In this document: piece after piece, positions 30,585 to 41,743 of the stretch
How the letters are laid out: each line of letters begins with the position of its first letter
How positions within the stretch are numbered: the first letter of the stretch is position 1
Assembly: GCA_965247115.1 (NCBI GenBank)
Contig: CBDFGR010000002.1
Coordinates: forward strand, 1,280,001-1,344,000
Direction: 5' to 3'
From: Myxococcota bacterium
GTDB taxonomy: Bacteria > Myxococcota_A > UBA9160 > SZUA-336
DNA length: 64,000 nucleotides
The notes under the pieces: generated by a model
What the model was told of the DNA's origin: nothing
Seen by the model: only the letters and a program-made list of their open reading frames with translations
The model's database searches: none
Translations under genes and position numbers: made by a program

Positions 30585-30750
30585 TTATTTTTCCGCGAGA
30601 GAACGCCCCAGCTCGGAAACCGGGATCCAGTAGCGCTTCTGACCGCAAGGGCCGGTGGTGATCCGACAACGGATCTGCCTCGTCTGGCACCAGTAGCGAA
30701 CCGTCCTCACGCTGCGCCCGATCCGGGCGGCGAACGTCTGCGGCGTGAGC
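30585..30750 (-). CDS. Small phage helix-turn-helix DNA-binding protein (start uncertain)
   Basis: LTPQTFAARIGRSVRTVRYWC...YWIP. Confidence 0.55.
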
Positions 30751-31058
30751 TCACGCACCAGGCTGCGCGTCTGTGCCCTCGCCGGACTGCTGCACATTCC
30801 CTCCTCAAGCGCCCCAGAGACTCCAGGACACGAGATCTTCTACGAACAGGACCCACACATCGTGTTCCCGCGCACAAGCCCGCAGAAACGATCTCTGGCA
30901 CACAAGCAAGCTACACACAATCGTGACACAGCGTAGCTCAATCGCGCTGAGTCAGCGACGGAAAAGAGGGGCCGTATAGGGCCGTTTGGCCGTCGTCGAG
31001 ATCGCGCATGATCGACGATGATCATCGCTGATACGCATGCTGCGCTAACTACACGTCT

Positions 31059-32309
31059 TTGCGTGGGTTGGAATCGATCCGCCGCATCGTCGGCCTCGAC
31101 CTCGATCTTCCCTGCGTGGCGATGACGTGCCTGGCCGGCCCGAAACGGTCGATCGAGGCGCTTCGCGCCGGTGCGTTCTGGTTCGTCGAGAAGCCCGTCG
31201 AAGAGAGTCTCCCGGCGCTGGAGCGCCTGATTGCGGAGGCGCTCCGGACAGGCCGACCGGGCACGGTCGCTCCCGCCACGCCGCGCGCCGGGGGGGAGAC
31301 CATCCGGGGAATCGAGAGCATCGTCGGCAAGAGCGACGCGCTGCGTCGCTCGCTCGAGATGGTGCGCCGCGTGGCCGACTCGGAGGCGACGGTCCTCATC
31401 CTCGGCGAGAGCGGCACCGGAAAGGAGCTCGTCGCACGCGCGATTCACTTCCACAGCCGGCGGGCGAGCGCGAACTTCGTCGCCGTGAACTGCGGCGCGA
31501 TTCCGGAGACGCTGCTCGAGTCGGAGCTTTTCGGCCACGTGCGCGGCGCCTTCACCAGCGCGGATCGCCAGCGCGATGGCCGCTTCGCCGTGGCGAACGA
31601 GGGGACGATCTTCCTCGACGAGATCGGCCAGATGAGCCCCAACCTGCAGGTAAAGCTCCTGCGCATCCTGCAGGACGGGACCTACGAGCAGGTCGGGTCT
31701 TCCATCACGGAGACCTGTGATGTGCGAACCATTGCCGCCACCAATCAGAACCTGCAAGAGGCAATGAGCACGGGGCGCTTCCGCGACGACCTCTTCTACC
31801 GGCTGAACGTCGTGCCGGTCGAGCTCCCGGCACTGCGCGAACGACACGATGACATCCCGCTGCTCGTCGAGCACTTCCTGCAGCGGACGGGCGGCCATTT
31901 GCAGGGCTTCACGAACGAGGCGATGCAGAAGCTATGCGCGTACGCCTGGCCTGGGAACGTGCGCGAGCTCGAGAGCCTGGTCGAGCGCATGTCCATCCTC
32001 TGCGTCGACGACTGGGTCGAGCTCGACGATCTGCCTCAACCCTTCCACATCGCGTCGAGCGCAGACATGGTTCAGGCGCCGCGCGTGCCCGCGTCAGGCC
32101 TCTCCTTCCAGCAGGTCGTGGGGCGCTTCGAGTCGGACATCATTCGGCAGGCACTCGAGCGCACGCGTTGGAACAAGAGCAAGGCGGCGCAGCTTCTGGA
32201 TCTGAACCGCACCACGCTGCTCGAGATGATCAAGAAGCGCGGCCTCGAGCGCCGCCCGCCTCGCAAGCCCGAGCCGGAGCCGGGGCGGAAGCCGTCCTCC
32301 CAGGCCTGA
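31059..32309 (+). pseudogene. Sigma-54-dependent (NtrC-family) regulator, N-terminally truncated
   Basis: GESGTGKE, ESELFGH, GAFTSA, FLDEI, WPGNVREL, Fis HTH; first half of receiver domain missing. Confidence 0.8.
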
Positions 32310-32312
32310 GAC

Positions 32313-33206
32313 TCAGGAGCGCCTGCGCTCGTCGAGCCGTGCGCGCTCCAGCACCGTCCTTGCGCGAGCCAGGTGGGGCGCGTCCACCATGTTGCCCTTG
32401 AACGCGAACGCCATCCGGCCCGCGCGCTGCTGCTCCTCAAAGGCAGCCACCAGCTCCTGGCTCTCGGCAATCTCTTCCGCAGACGGGGAGAAGGCCGCAT
32501 TCACGATCTCGACCTGACTCGGGTGGATCGTCATCTTGCCGGTGAACCCCATCTGGGCGGATTCGCGACACTCCCGCTCCAGTCCGGCGGAGTCCCGAAT
32601 GTCGACGAACACCCCGTCGATCGGTTGGACACCGGCGGCGCAGGCCGCGAGCAGCGTCATGTGACGCGCGAGCCGGAAGATCTCCAGGTAGGCGCCACTC
32701 TCGTCGCGGTTGCGGCGCGCTCCGATCGCCGCCGAGAGATCCTCCGCCCCCCAGGTCAGCGCATCGACCCGCGAGCTCCCTGCGAGCTCGCGGATGTTGA
32801 GGAGACCGTCTGGCGTCTCGGTTGCAATCACCAGCAGCGTGACTTCCCCTGGGGGCAGGCCGCGCTCCTTCTCGATCCGGCCCAGGATCTCGTCGATCTG
32901 CTCCAGCTCCTCCCGCCCGCTCGTCTTCGGAACGACGTACGCGTCTGGCCGGCCGAGCATGGTCCCTTCGAGGTCCTCTACACCCCACGGTGTGTCGAGC
33001 GGGTTCATCCGGACGAGCCGCTCCCTCCCGCCAAAGTCGGCTTCTCGGAGCCAAGCCGTCACGGTCTCGCGGGCGGACTCCTTGTTCTCTGGCGTGACAG
33101 CGTCTTCCAGATCGAGGATCAGCGCATCGGCGGGCAGCTCGAGCGCCTTCCGAAACATCTTCTCGTTGGCGCCGGGAACGAAGTGGACCGCGCGACGCAG
33201 TCCCAC
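32313..33206 (-). CDS. HpcH/CitE-family CoA-ester lyase
   Basis: LILDLEDAV, VRMN, ETP, GAEDL, GFTGKMTIHPSQ, MVDAPH. Confidence 0.9.
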   Translation of the reverse strand: MGLRRAVHFVPGANEKMFRKALELPADALILDLEDAVTPENKESARETVTAWLREADFGGRERLVRMNPLDTPWGVEDLEGTMLGRPDAYVVPKTSGREELEQIDEILGRIEKERGLPPGEVTLLVIATETPDGLLNIRELAGSSRVDALTWGAEDLSAAIGARRNRDESGAYLEIFRLARHMTLLAACAAGVQPIDGVFVDIRDSAGLERECRESAQMGFTGKMTIHPSQVEIVNAAFSPSAEEIAESQELVAAFEEQQRAGRMAFAFKGNMVDAPHLARARTVLERARLDERRRS

Positions 33207-33213
33207 GGCCTAG

Positions 33214-34488
33214 CAGGCTGCGGAGAAAGTGACTGGTTGAGGGGTGGTCCTTCCGACGAGGGGGTTCACCGGCCGAGGGGCGGGGCGCGATTCCCGGTTC
33301 GAACCGGTCTTGGGCTCCGCTGATCGCGGGGCGGTTTCGCACATGACCTACGTGGCCTCCAGCAGCTTGCGGATCCGGATCAGGTTGTAGGCTGCGGCCG
33401 TGAAGGTGAAGACCCAGCCGACCCGATCCGTGCCGCGGTGTCGGGTCTTGCGCATCAGCCCCACGGTCTTCATCCAGCCGAAGACCTCTTCCACCCGTTT
33501 GCGAAAACGCTGACTCAGTTCGTAGCCCCGGTGGCGCGTCGTCCGCCCGTCGATCGCGCTGCGTCGATTCGTCGTGTTCTGCGCCACGTGTGGGGTCACG
33601 CCCAACTCTCGAAGCTCTTCCACGAACCCCTTCGTGTCGAAGCCCTTGTCTCCGCCCAATGTCCTCCGACGCCCGCCTCCCAGACCTTCCACCATCTCGA
33701 GCGCCGCTTCGCGCTCCGCATATCCCGACGCCTGCGTGAGCTTCGCCGCGACCACCAAGCCGTTCCGGTTCTCCGTCACCACGTGTCCCTGGTACGCGAG
33801 TCGGGCGCCTTGGCCTCTCATACCGGCGAGTCGTGCGTCGGGATCCGTCGTCGACGCATGCGTCTGGTTGCTCCGCTTCTCGCCTCGGAAGTTCACCGTC
33901 GGGTTGCCCGGGTCATCGTCGTCTCTCCGTTCCTCGTCCTTCCGTACGAAGCTCTTCTGGCTCGCCCACGCCTCGATCAGCGTCCCGTCTACCGTGAAGT
34001 GCTCCAACGACACCCATCCCTCGGTCTCGGCCTGCTCCAGCACTGCGTCGAAGAAGTGCTCGGCAATCTCGCCCTTGAGCAGCCGGTCTCGGTTCTTCGT
34101 GAACACCGTGGCGCTGAACACCACCTCGTCAAGCTCCAGACCCACGAACCAGCGATACAGCAGGTTGTACTCCAGCTGCTCCACCAGCTGCCGCTCGCTC
34201 CGGATGGTGTAGAGCACCTGCAGCAGCAGGGCGCGCAGCAGCTGCTCCGGGGGCACGGACGGGCGCCCTACGCCTCTGGCGTAGATCGCGTCGAAGCGCG
34301 GCGATAGCCGCTGCAGCGCCGTGTCGACCATGCGCCGCATCGCTCGAAGCGGATGATCATCCGGAATCCGCGACTCCAGCGACACGTAGCTGAACATCCC
34401 GCCCTGAAGCGTCCCCTGTCCTCTCACGCCTCCCCCTTTGGGGCTCGCTCCCAAGGTACCCTTCGATGAGGAGTTTTTCAGCAGCCTG
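33214..34488 (-). mobile_element. IS5-family element with CTAG target duplication
   Basis: IRs CAGGCTGCGGAGAAA and TTTTTCAGCAGCCTG; CTAG at 33210-33213 and 34489-34492. Confidence 0.93.
33348..34427 (-). CDS. IS5-family DDE transposase
   Basis: SLESRIPDDHPLR, FTVDGTLIEAWAS, GDKGFD, RKRVEEVFGW; GTG start with RBS. Confidence 0.93.
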   Translation of the reverse strand: MRGQGTLQGGMFSYVSLESRIPDDHPLRAMRRMVDTALQRLSPRFDAIYARGVGRPSVPPEQLLRALLLQVLYTIRSERQLVEQLEYNLLYRWFVGLELDEVVFSATVFTKNRDRLLKGEIAEHFFDAVLEQAETEGWVSLEHFTVDGTLIEAWASQKSFVRKDEERRDDDDPGNPTVNFRGEKRSNQTHASTTDPDARLAGMRGQGARLAYQGHVVTENRNGLVVAAKLTQASGYAEREAALEMVEGLGGGRRRTLGGDKGFDTKGFVEELRELGVTPHVAQNTTNRRSAIDGRTTRHRGYELSQRFRKRVEEVFGWMKTVGLMRKTRHRGTDRVGWVFTFTAAAYNLIRIRKLLEAT

Positions 34489-34938
34489 CTAGGCCTTGCG
34501 GAGCATCATCGCGGCGCGCGAGCAGCGGGCAACGACTTCGTCGCGCTGATTCAACCCTCGGTGCTCGAACGTGACGATTCCCCACTCGGGGTGCGACTTC
34601 GACTCGCGCTTGCCCGCAACCTCGGTCACCGCGCGGATGGTATCGCCGATGAGGACCGGCTTGGGAAACTCGACCCGCTCGAAACCGAGGTTTCCCACCG
34701 TCGTCCCCAGGGTCGTCTCGCCGACGGAGAGCCCGACGACGAGCCCGAGCGTGAAGATACTGTTGACGAGGCGCTCGCCGAACTGGGCCCCCTTGGCGAA
34801 CTCCGCATCCAGGTGGAGCGGCTGGGGATTCATCGTGAGCGTCGTGAACAGGAGATTGTCGGTCTCCGTCACCGTGCGTCCGGGCTGGTGCTCGAAGACA
34901 TCTCCGACCTCGAACTCCTCGAAGTACTTCCCGGACAT
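34489..34938 (-). CDS. MaoC-family dehydratase
   Basis: [10 protein letters not shown]...[22 protein letters not shown]. Confidence 0.9.
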   Translation of the reverse strand: MSGKYFEEFEVGDVFEHQPGRTVTETDNLLFTTLTMNPQPLHLDAEFAKGAQFGERLVNSIFTLGLVVGLSVGETTLGTTVGNLGFERVEFPKPVLIGDTIRAVTEVAGKRESKSHPEWGIVTFEHRGLNQRDEVVARCSRAAMMLRKA

Positions 34939-35037
34939 CGACCCTCTCGCGACGACTCGTCGAACTGTACCAGATGTCCGTTGAGCAGGCGCCTGGCAGT
35001 CAGCTAGAATCCGCCCAGCCATTCGAGAGAGGTCCTG

Positions 35038-36087
35038 ATGCAGAGCCCCCGAGACTTCTTCAAGCCAAAGGCGATCGGAGCGCCACAGCCGGCGCGCGAG
35101 ATCCCGGTCAAGCCATCGCGCATGATCCACTTCTTCGACCCGAGCAACGAGCGGATGACCGCCAAGGTGCCCGACATCGCCCTTCAGGTGGACATCCTGC
35201 TCGGCAACCTGGAAGACGCGATTCCCACCGAACGAAAAGTCGAAGCGCGAGAGGGGCTCGTCAAGATCGCCAGGAACGCAGACTTCGGCACGACCCAGCT
35301 CTGGACACGCGTCAACAGCCTGGACAGCCCGTGGTTCCTCGACGACATGACACGACTCGTGGGGGAAATCGGAGATCGCCTGGAAGTGATCATGATCCCG
35401 AAGGTCGAGGGCCCCTGGGACATCCACTTCGTCGATCAGCTGCTGGCCCAGCTCGAGGCCAGGAACGGGCTGGAGCGGCCGCTGCTCGTGCACGCGATTC
35501 TCGAGACCGCCCTCGGCGTATCGAACGTGGAAGAGATCATCCACGCGAGCCCGCGCATGCAGGGGCTGAGCCTGGGACCAGCAGACCTCGCTGCGTCGCG
35601 GCGCATGAAGACGACACGCGTCGGTGGCGGGCACCCCGGGTACCTGGTCCGCACGGACCCGGACCCCGACGAGCCGGATGCGCTGCGGCCGACCGCGCAG
35701 CAGGATCTTTGGCACTACACCATGGCGCGTATGGTGGACGCCTGTAACTCCGCGGGGGCCCTGCCCTTCTACGGGCCCTTTGGCGACATTGGCGACGCCG
35801 TGGCCTGCGAAGACCAGTTCCGCAACGCGTTCTTGATGGGGTGCGTCGGCGCCTGGTCCCTGCACCCGAGCCAGATCCCCATCGCCAAGCGCGTCTTCAG
35901 CCCGCCGCCAGACGAGGTCGCCTGGGCCCGAAGAGTGATCGACGCGATGCCCGACGGCAGCGGAACGATCATGCTCGAAGGCAAGATGCAGGACGACGCT
36001 ACGTGGAAGCAGTGCCGGGTCATGGTCGAGCTGGCGCGTCTCATCGCCGAGCGAGACTCCGAGTATCGGGAGCTCTACGGCTTTTAG
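35038..36087 (+). CDS. mcl: Malyl-CoA/beta-methylmalyl-CoA/citramalyl-CoA lyase (Chloroflexus Mcl type)
   Basis: [55 protein letters not shown] recalled from C. aurantiacus Mcl. Confidence 0.82.
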   Translation: MQSPRDFFKPKAIGAPQPAREIPVKPSRMIHFFDPSNERMTAKVPDIALQVDILLGNLEDAIPTERKVEAREGLVKIARNADFGTTQLWTRVNSLDSPWFLDDMTRLVGEIGDRLEVIMIPKVEGPWDIHFVDQLLAQLEARNGLERPLLVHAILETALGVSNVEEIIHASPRMQGLSLGPADLAASRRMKTTRVGGGHPGYLVRTDPDPDEPDALRPTAQQDLWHYTMARMVDACNSAGALPFYGPFGDIGDAVACEDQFRNAFLMGCVGAWSLHPSQIPIAKRVFSPPPDEVAWARRVIDAMPDGSGTIMLEGKMQDDATWKQCRVMVELARLIAERDSEYRELYGF

Positions 36088-36093
36088 GCGTTC

Positions 36094-36606
36094 CTAGGTG
36101 ATCTGGCGGCCCCGCGCCATGAGCATCTTTCCCGAGCGGACCAGCTCGGTGATCCCGAAGGGCCGGAGCAGGTCGACGAACGTGTCGATCTTCTCGCTCG
36201 AGCCGTAGATCTGAAGGATCAGCGAGTCTGTGCCGTAGTCGACCACCTTGGCCTTGTAGTGCTCCGCAACCTGGAGGATCTCCGTCCGGCGGTCGAGGGC
36301 ACACTCTATCTTGACGAGCCCGATCTCTGTCTCGAAGGCGTCTTCCCCGGTGTGGTCGATGGCATGGACCACGTCGACGAGCTTTGTGAGCTGCTTGACC
36401 ACCTGCTCCAGGCTCTCCGCGGAGCCAGATGACGTGATCGTCATCCGCGAGTAACGGCCCTCTACGGCCGGGCTGACGACGAGGCTCTCGATGTTGAAGG
36501 CGCGGCGGGCGAACGTGAGGGCTACGCGGACGAGCACTCCCGGCTTGTTGTTCACAAAGAGCGAGATGGTGTGCACGGCCGCAGACGCGGCGAGCGGCTG
36601 CTCCAT
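36094..36606 (-). CDS. ilvN: Acetolactate synthase small subunit
   Basis: NKPGVLVRV...RRAFNIESL ACT domain; follows ilvB. Confidence 0.93.
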   Translation of the reverse strand: MEQPLAASAAVHTISLFVNNKPGVLVRVALTFARRAFNIESLVVSPAVEGRYSRMTITSSGSAESLEQVVKQLTKLVDVVHAIDHTGEDAFETEIGLVKIECALDRRTEILQVAEHYKAKVVDYGTDSLILQIYGSSEKIDTFVDLLRPFGITELVRSGKMLMARGRQIT

Positions 36607-36607
36607 C

Positions 36608-38323
36608 TCAGGCACTCCCCACCGGCTTCTCGAGCTTCTGCTTGGGAGCCTCGATCAGCATGTCCGAGATCGCCGCGCCACCGGGAATCATGGGAAACAC
36701 GTTGTCTTCCTTGACGACTTCCGCAACGACGAGCACCGGGCCCTCATCGTACTCGTGGGCCTCCAGGAGGATGCGCTCTATGTCAGCGGGGCGCCGGATC
36801 CGGAGTGCCTTCATCCCGTAGGCGCGTGCCAGCTTGACGAAGTCCGGGTTGCCCTCGAGATCCACGCCGGACAGGCGGTTCTCGAAGAATAGCTCCTGCC
36901 ACTGCCGCACCATCCCAAGGAAGTTGTTGTTGATGACCAGGCATTTCACGCCAAGATCGTGGATCTGCGCCGTCGCCAGCTCCGCCTGCGTCATCTGAAA
37001 GCCGCCGTCTCCCACGACGGCCCACACCTTCTTGTCCGGCGAGCCGAACTTCGCACCGATGGCGGCGGGAAAGCCGTAGCCCATGGTTCCGGCGCCCCCG
37101 CTCGTAAGCCAGTGGCGGTTGGACCGCGTTCTGCAGAACTGCGCCGCCCACATCTGATGCTGACCCACATCGGCCGTGATGATGGCGTCCCCCCTCGTGA
37201 TGGAGTTGAGCCGATCCAGCACGTGCTGGGCGCGCAGGCCTCCCTGCTTCGGGTACTTGAGCGGGTACTGCTTGCGCCACTTGTTGCACTGCTCGAGCCA
37301 TCCCGCGGTGTCGAGCATCTCGACCTGAGGGATCAGGTCCTCGATCACGAGGCGCGCATCCCCCGCGATGCAGACGTCAGGGCGCAGGACTTTATTGAAC
37401 TCCGCCGGGTCGATATCGACGTGGATCTTGACGGCGTCGGGGCAGAACGCGTCTACCTTGCCCGTGACGCGGTCGTCCCAGCGCGCGCCGATCGACATGA
37501 TCAAATCGCAGTGGGTCACCGCCTTGTTGGCGTAGGCGGTGCCGTGCATGCCGAGCATGCCGAGGTGCAGTGGGTGGGTCTCGTCGGCCGCTCCCTTGCC
37601 GAGCAGGGTATTCACCATCGGCGCGTGGAGCTTCTCGGCGAGCGTCATGACGGCCTTGCCCGCGTCCGAGATCACGGCGCCATGCCCCACATACAGGACA
37701 GGCCGAGCCGATTTCATCAGAAAGCCGGCGGCCTCGGCGATCGCCTCGGGGTCGCCCCGCGTCGGGACGGTGTAGCCCGGAAGGTCGACCTCGTCGGTAA
37801 ACGGAGCCTCGCAGGGACCCTGGCTCAGGTCCTTGGGGACGTCGACGACGACCGGGCCCGGACGACCCGTCGTGGCCAGGTGGAAGGCCTCGCGCATGAT
37901 CCGCGGGATCTCTGCCGGGTCCTTCACGAGGTAGGAGTGCTTCACGACGGGGTAGGTGATCCCGGTGACGTCGGCCTCCTGGAACGCGTCGGTGCCCAGG
38001 TTCGGGCGGATCACCTGCCCGCAGATCACGACGATCGGCGCGGAGTCCATCAGGGCCGTCAAGAGGCCCGTCACGGTGTTTGTCGCGCCCGGGCCCGAGG
38101 TCACCAGCACCACCCCCGGCTTGCCCGTGGCCCGGGCGTAGCCGTCCGCCATGTGCGTAGCTCCCTGCTCGTGGCGGGTCAGGATGAGCCGGATCTTGGA
38201 GTCGACCAGAGCGTCGAAGAGGGGCATGGCCGCCCCACCCGAGAGGCCGAAGATGAACTCCACACCCTCTCGCTCCAGGCACTGTACGAGTCTCTCGGCT
38301 CCTGTCGCGACTTTCGTATCCAC
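36608..38323 (-). CDS. ilvB: Acetolactate synthase large subunit
   Basis: [39 protein letters not shown] start with RBS GGAGG (alternative ATG 38353). Confidence 0.95.
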   Translation of the reverse strand: MDTKVATGAERLVQCLEREGVEFIFGLSGGAAMPLFDALVDSKIRLILTRHEQGATHMADGYARATGKPGVVLVTSGPGATNTVTGLLTALMDSAPIVVICGQVIRPNLGTDAFQEADVTGITYPVVKHSYLVKDPAEIPRIMREAFHLATTGRPGPVVVDVPKDLSQGPCEAPFTDEVDLPGYTVPTRGDPEAIAEAAGFLMKSARPVLYVGHGAVISDAGKAVMTLAEKLHAPMVNTLLGKGAADETHPLHLGMLGMHGTAYANKAVTHCDLIMSIGARWDDRVTGKVDAFCPDAVKIHVDIDPAEFNKVLRPDVCIAGDARLVIEDLIPQVEMLDTAGWLEQCNKWRKQYPLKYPKQGGLRAQHVLDRLNSITRGDAIITADVGQHQMWAAQFCRTRSNRHWLTSGGAGTMGYGFPAAIGAKFGSPDKKVWAVVGDGGFQMTQAELATAQIHDLGVKCLVINNNFLGMVRQWQELFFENRLSGVDLEGNPDFVKLARAYGMKALRIRRPADIERILLEAHEYDEGPVLVVAEVVKEDNVFPMIPGGAAISDMLIEAPKQKLEKPVGSA

Positions 38324-38618
38324 TTGTCCCTCCGGAGCCCGATTCGAGGCCATCCAGGCAAAAGGAGACCGATTCTACCCGCCCCTCCGAGCAATTCCAA
38401 GGAGAAGTGGTCACGATTTCGGAAAGTTCGAGCATCGAGAGTCGAAAGCAGCTCAAGATCTCTGTGGAAAGTCCCAGTTTCGGGTTCAGAAGGCGCACGC
38501 TCCACGAAAGTGGGCCTTTCCGTCCCGAAATCGGGCTCCTCGACGAACCTTCCGGATCAAAAACAGTGGATCCGGCGTCACGAAGGTCTACACGATCGAG
38601 CTGCTATATTCGGGTCGG

Positions 38619-40265
38619 ATGGCGGAGTTCGAATATCAGCCGATCTTCGAGCTGGAACCCGAGCAGGTCGAGTACCGAACCCTGACCTCGGACCACGTCT
38701 CGATTGGCGAGTTCGAGGGGCACCCGATCCTGAAGGTCGAGCCGGAGGCCCTCACGTGGCTGGCGCGGGAGGCGATGGTGGACGTGGCTCACCTGCTGCG
38801 AGCGAGCCACCTCTCCCAGCTCGCCAAGATCCTGGAGGATCCGGAGGCCTCGACGAACGACCGCTTCGTCGCGGTCGAGCTGCTCAAGAACGCGAACATC
38901 GCCGCCGCCGGCGTCCTGCCGGGTTGCCAGGACACGGGGACCGCCATCGTCTTCGCCCACAAGGGAGAGAACGTCTTCACGGGAAGCGACGACGAGGAGT
39001 CGCTGTCTCGCGGGATCTACCAGGCCTACCAGGAGAAGAACCTGCGCTTCTCGCAGATGGCGGCCCTCGACATGTATACGGAGAAGAACACCGGGACCAA
39101 CCTGCCAGCGCAGATCGACATTCACGCCGAGCCCGGTCACGAGTATCGCTTTCTCTTCATCGCGAAGGGTGGCGGCTCCGCAAACAAGACCTTCATGTAT
39201 CAGGAGTCCCGCGCGGTCTTGGATCCGGAATCTCTGCTCCGCTTCGTGAACGAAAAGCTCAAGACGCTCGGCACCTCGGCCTGCCCGCCCTACCACCTCG
39301 CACTGGTGATCGGTGGCACCTCTGCGGAGATGACGGTCAAGACGGTCAAGCTGGCGAGCGCCCATTCGCTCGACGGACTGCCGACCTCGGGCAACGAGCT
39401 CGGCCGCGCGTTTCGGGATCCCGACCTCGAGGAGAAAGTTCACAAGCTTTGCAACGAGACGGGGATTGGAGCCCAGTTCGGCGGCAAGTACTTTGCGCAC
39501 GACGTGCGCGTGATCCGTCTCCCCCGGCACGGCGCCTCGCTCCCCATCGGTCTCGGCGTGTCGTGCTCGGCCGACCGCCAGATCCTCGGCAAGATCACAG
39601 CGGAAGGTCTGTTTCTGGAGCAGCTCGAGACCAACCCTGCGAAGTACCTGCCAGAGGTCACGCCTTCTGAGCTCGGCGGCGAGGTCGTGGAGATCGATCT
39701 CAACCGTCCCATGAGCGAGATCCTCGAGGAGCTCGGCCGACACCCCGTGGCAACGCGGCTCTCGCTCACAGGCCCGATGGTCGTGGCGCGCGATATTGCA
39801 CATGCCCGGCTCAAGGAGCGGCTCGAGCGCGAGGGGGATCTTCCGCAGTACCTCAAGGACCACATGGTCTACTACGCGGGGCCCGCAAAACGTCCAGAGG
39901 GCTACGCCTCGGGCTCCTTCGGCCCCACGACGGCCGGCCGGATGGACTCCTACGTCGACCTCTTCCAGCAGCACGGAGCCAGCATGGTGATGCTCGCAAA
40001 GGGCAACCGCTCGAAGCAGGTTCGCGACGCCTGCGGCAAGTACGGCGGCTTCTACCTCGGATCCATCGGCGGCCCCGCCGCGCGCCTGACCGAGCACAGC
40101 ATCAAGAAGGTCGAGGTTCTCGAGTACGAAGACCTCGGCATGGAAGCCATCTGGAGCATCGAGGTTGAAGACTTTCCCGCCTTCATCATCATCGACGCCG
40201 AGGGGAACGACTTCTACGCGAACCTCACCGAAGCCCGTCCCAAGCCCCTCCTGACGCTCGAGTAG
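38619..40265 (+). CDS. fumA: Class I (Fe-S) fumarate hydratase
   Basis: [27 protein letters not shown]. Confidence 0.95.
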   Translation: MAEFEYQPIFELEPEQVEYRTLTSDHVSIGEFEGHPILKVEPEALTWLAREAMVDVAHLLRASHLSQLAKILEDPEASTNDRFVAVELLKNANIAAAGVLPGCQDTGTAIVFAHKGENVFTGSDDEESLSRGIYQAYQEKNLRFSQMAALDMYTEKNTGTNLPAQIDIHAEPGHEYRFLFIAKGGGSANKTFMYQESRAVLDPESLLRFVNEKLKTLGTSACPPYHLALVIGGTSAEMTVKTVKLASAHSLDGLPTSGNELGRAFRDPDLEEKVHKLCNETGIGAQFGGKYFAHDVRVIRLPRHGASLPIGLGVSCSADRQILGKITAEGLFLEQLETNPAKYLPEVTPSELGGEVVEIDLNRPMSEILEELGRHPVATRLSLTGPMVVARDIAHARLKERLEREGDLPQYLKDHMVYYAGPAKRPEGYASGSFGPTTAGRMDSYVDLFQQHGASMVMLAKGNRSKQVRDACGKYGGFYLGSIGGPAARLTEHSIKKVEVLEYEDLGMEAIWSIEVEDFPAFIIIDAEGNDFYANLTEARPKPLLTLE

Positions 40266-40294
40266 CCCGTCGAAACCTCCCCGGGGGAGCTTCG

Positions 40295-41686
40295 TCAGAA
40301 TTCGGCGTAGCCGGGGACTCGGGGGAAGGGGATTACGTCGCGGATGTTCTCCATGCCTGTGGCGAACTGGACGAGGCGTTCGAAGCCCAGGCCGAAGCCG
40401 GAGTGGGGGACCGTGCCGAAGCGGCGGAGGTCGCGGTACCACCAGTAGTCCTCGGTGCGCAAGCCACACTCCGCGATCCGAGCGTCGAGCTGCTCCAGGC
40501 GGTGCTCGCGCTGTGAGCCGCCGACGATCTCGCCGATCTTCGGCACGAGCACGTCCATGGCGCGCACCGTTCGCCCGTCGTCGTTGACGTACATGTAGAA
40601 CGGTTTGATAGCGCGCGGGTAGTCGGTCACGATCACGGGTCGGCCGACGTGCTCCTCGGTCAGGTAGCGCTCGTGCTCGCTCTGGAGGTGCAGCCCCCAG
40701 CGCACGGGAAACTCGAACTCCTGCCCGCTCTTCTCGAGCACGGCGACGGCTTCCGTGTAGTCCATGTGCTCGAACGGGCTCTCGATGATGTGCTCGAGCG
40801 TTGTCAGGATCGTCTTGTCGATGCGCTGGTTGAAGAACTCCATGTCCTCTGCGCAATCCGTGAGGAGGACCTGGCATATCTGCTTGAGGAACTCCTCAGC
40901 CAGGTCCATCTGGCCGCGGAGATCCATGAAGGCCATCTCCGGCTCGATCATCCAGAACTCCGCCAGGTGGCGGCTGGTGTTCGAGTTCTCTGCGCGGAAG
41001 GTCGGGCCGAAGGTGTAGACGTTCGTCAGTGCGAGTGCAGCGATCTCCGCCTCGAGCTGTCCCGACACCGTGAGGTACGCCGGCTTGCCGAAGAAGTCCT
41101 GCGAGAAATCGACCGCCCCGGTAGCGTCTCGAGGCGGCTCAGCGGCGTCGAGCGTGGAGACGCGAAACAGCTCGCCTGCGCCCTCGCAGTCCGAATCGGT
41201 GATGATCGGAGTCTGCAGGTAGATGAAACCCCGCTTCTGAAAGAAGTCGTGGATGGCCCGCGCCGCGCAGTTCCGCACGCGCAGGACCGCGCCGATCGTA
41301 TTTGTGCGCGGCCGCAGATGCGCGATGGTGCGCAGGAACTCGAAGCTGTGGCGCTTCTTCTGGAGCGGATAGTCCTGCTCGGCGGCAGAGACGACTTCGA
41401 CGCGGCTCGCGCGCAGCTCGAGCTTCTGACCCTTGCCGGGCGATGGCACCAGCTCTCCGCTGACCTCGACGGCGCTACCAGTGCCGAGCTTCGCGAGCCC
41501 GTCGGTTGCGCTCTCGAGCTCGTGGGGAACCACGACTTGGAGTCCCGCGAGGCAGGAACCGTCGGACAGCTCCAGAAACGCGACGTCCTTGGCGTGGCGC
41601 GCCGTGCGGAGCCAGCCGCGCACGGCCACGGGCTCGCTCAGATCCTCGCGCGCCAGGAGCTCCTTGACCCTGCAGAACTCGGGCAT
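40295..41686 (-). CDS. asnS: Asparagine--tRNA ligase
   Basis: [34 protein letters not shown]. Confidence 0.97.
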   Translation of the reverse strand: MPEFCRVKELLAREDLSEPVAVRGWLRTARHAKDVAFLELSDGSCLAGLQVVVPHELESATDGLAKLGTGSAVEVSGELVPSPGKGQKLELRASRVEVVSAAEQDYPLQKKRHSFEFLRTIAHLRPRTNTIGAVLRVRNCAARAIHDFFQKRGFIYLQTPIITDSDCEGAGELFRVSTLDAAEPPRDATGAVDFSQDFFGKPAYLTVSGQLEAEIAALALTNVYTFGPTFRAENSNTSRHLAEFWMIEPEMAFMDLRGQMDLAEEFLKQICQVLLTDCAEDMEFFNQRIDKTILTTLEHIIESPFEHMDYTEAVAVLEKSGQEFEFPVRWGLHLQSEHERYLTEEHVGRPVIVTDYPRAIKPFYMYVNDDGRTVRAMDVLVPKIGEIVGGSQREHRLEQLDARIAECGLRTEDYWWYRDLRRFGTVPHSGFGLGFERLVQFATGMENIRDVIPFPRVPGYAEF

Positions 41687-41743
41687 GCCCGTACCTCCCC
41701 CGGCGAGGGTAGCCAATGCGCTGCCAGCGGGCCGAGATCGGAG

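Noticed and set aside
33280..33345. GGTTCGAACC T-loop-like motif suggesting a tRNA
   Set aside because: No cloverleaf; lies inside the IS5 non-coding end
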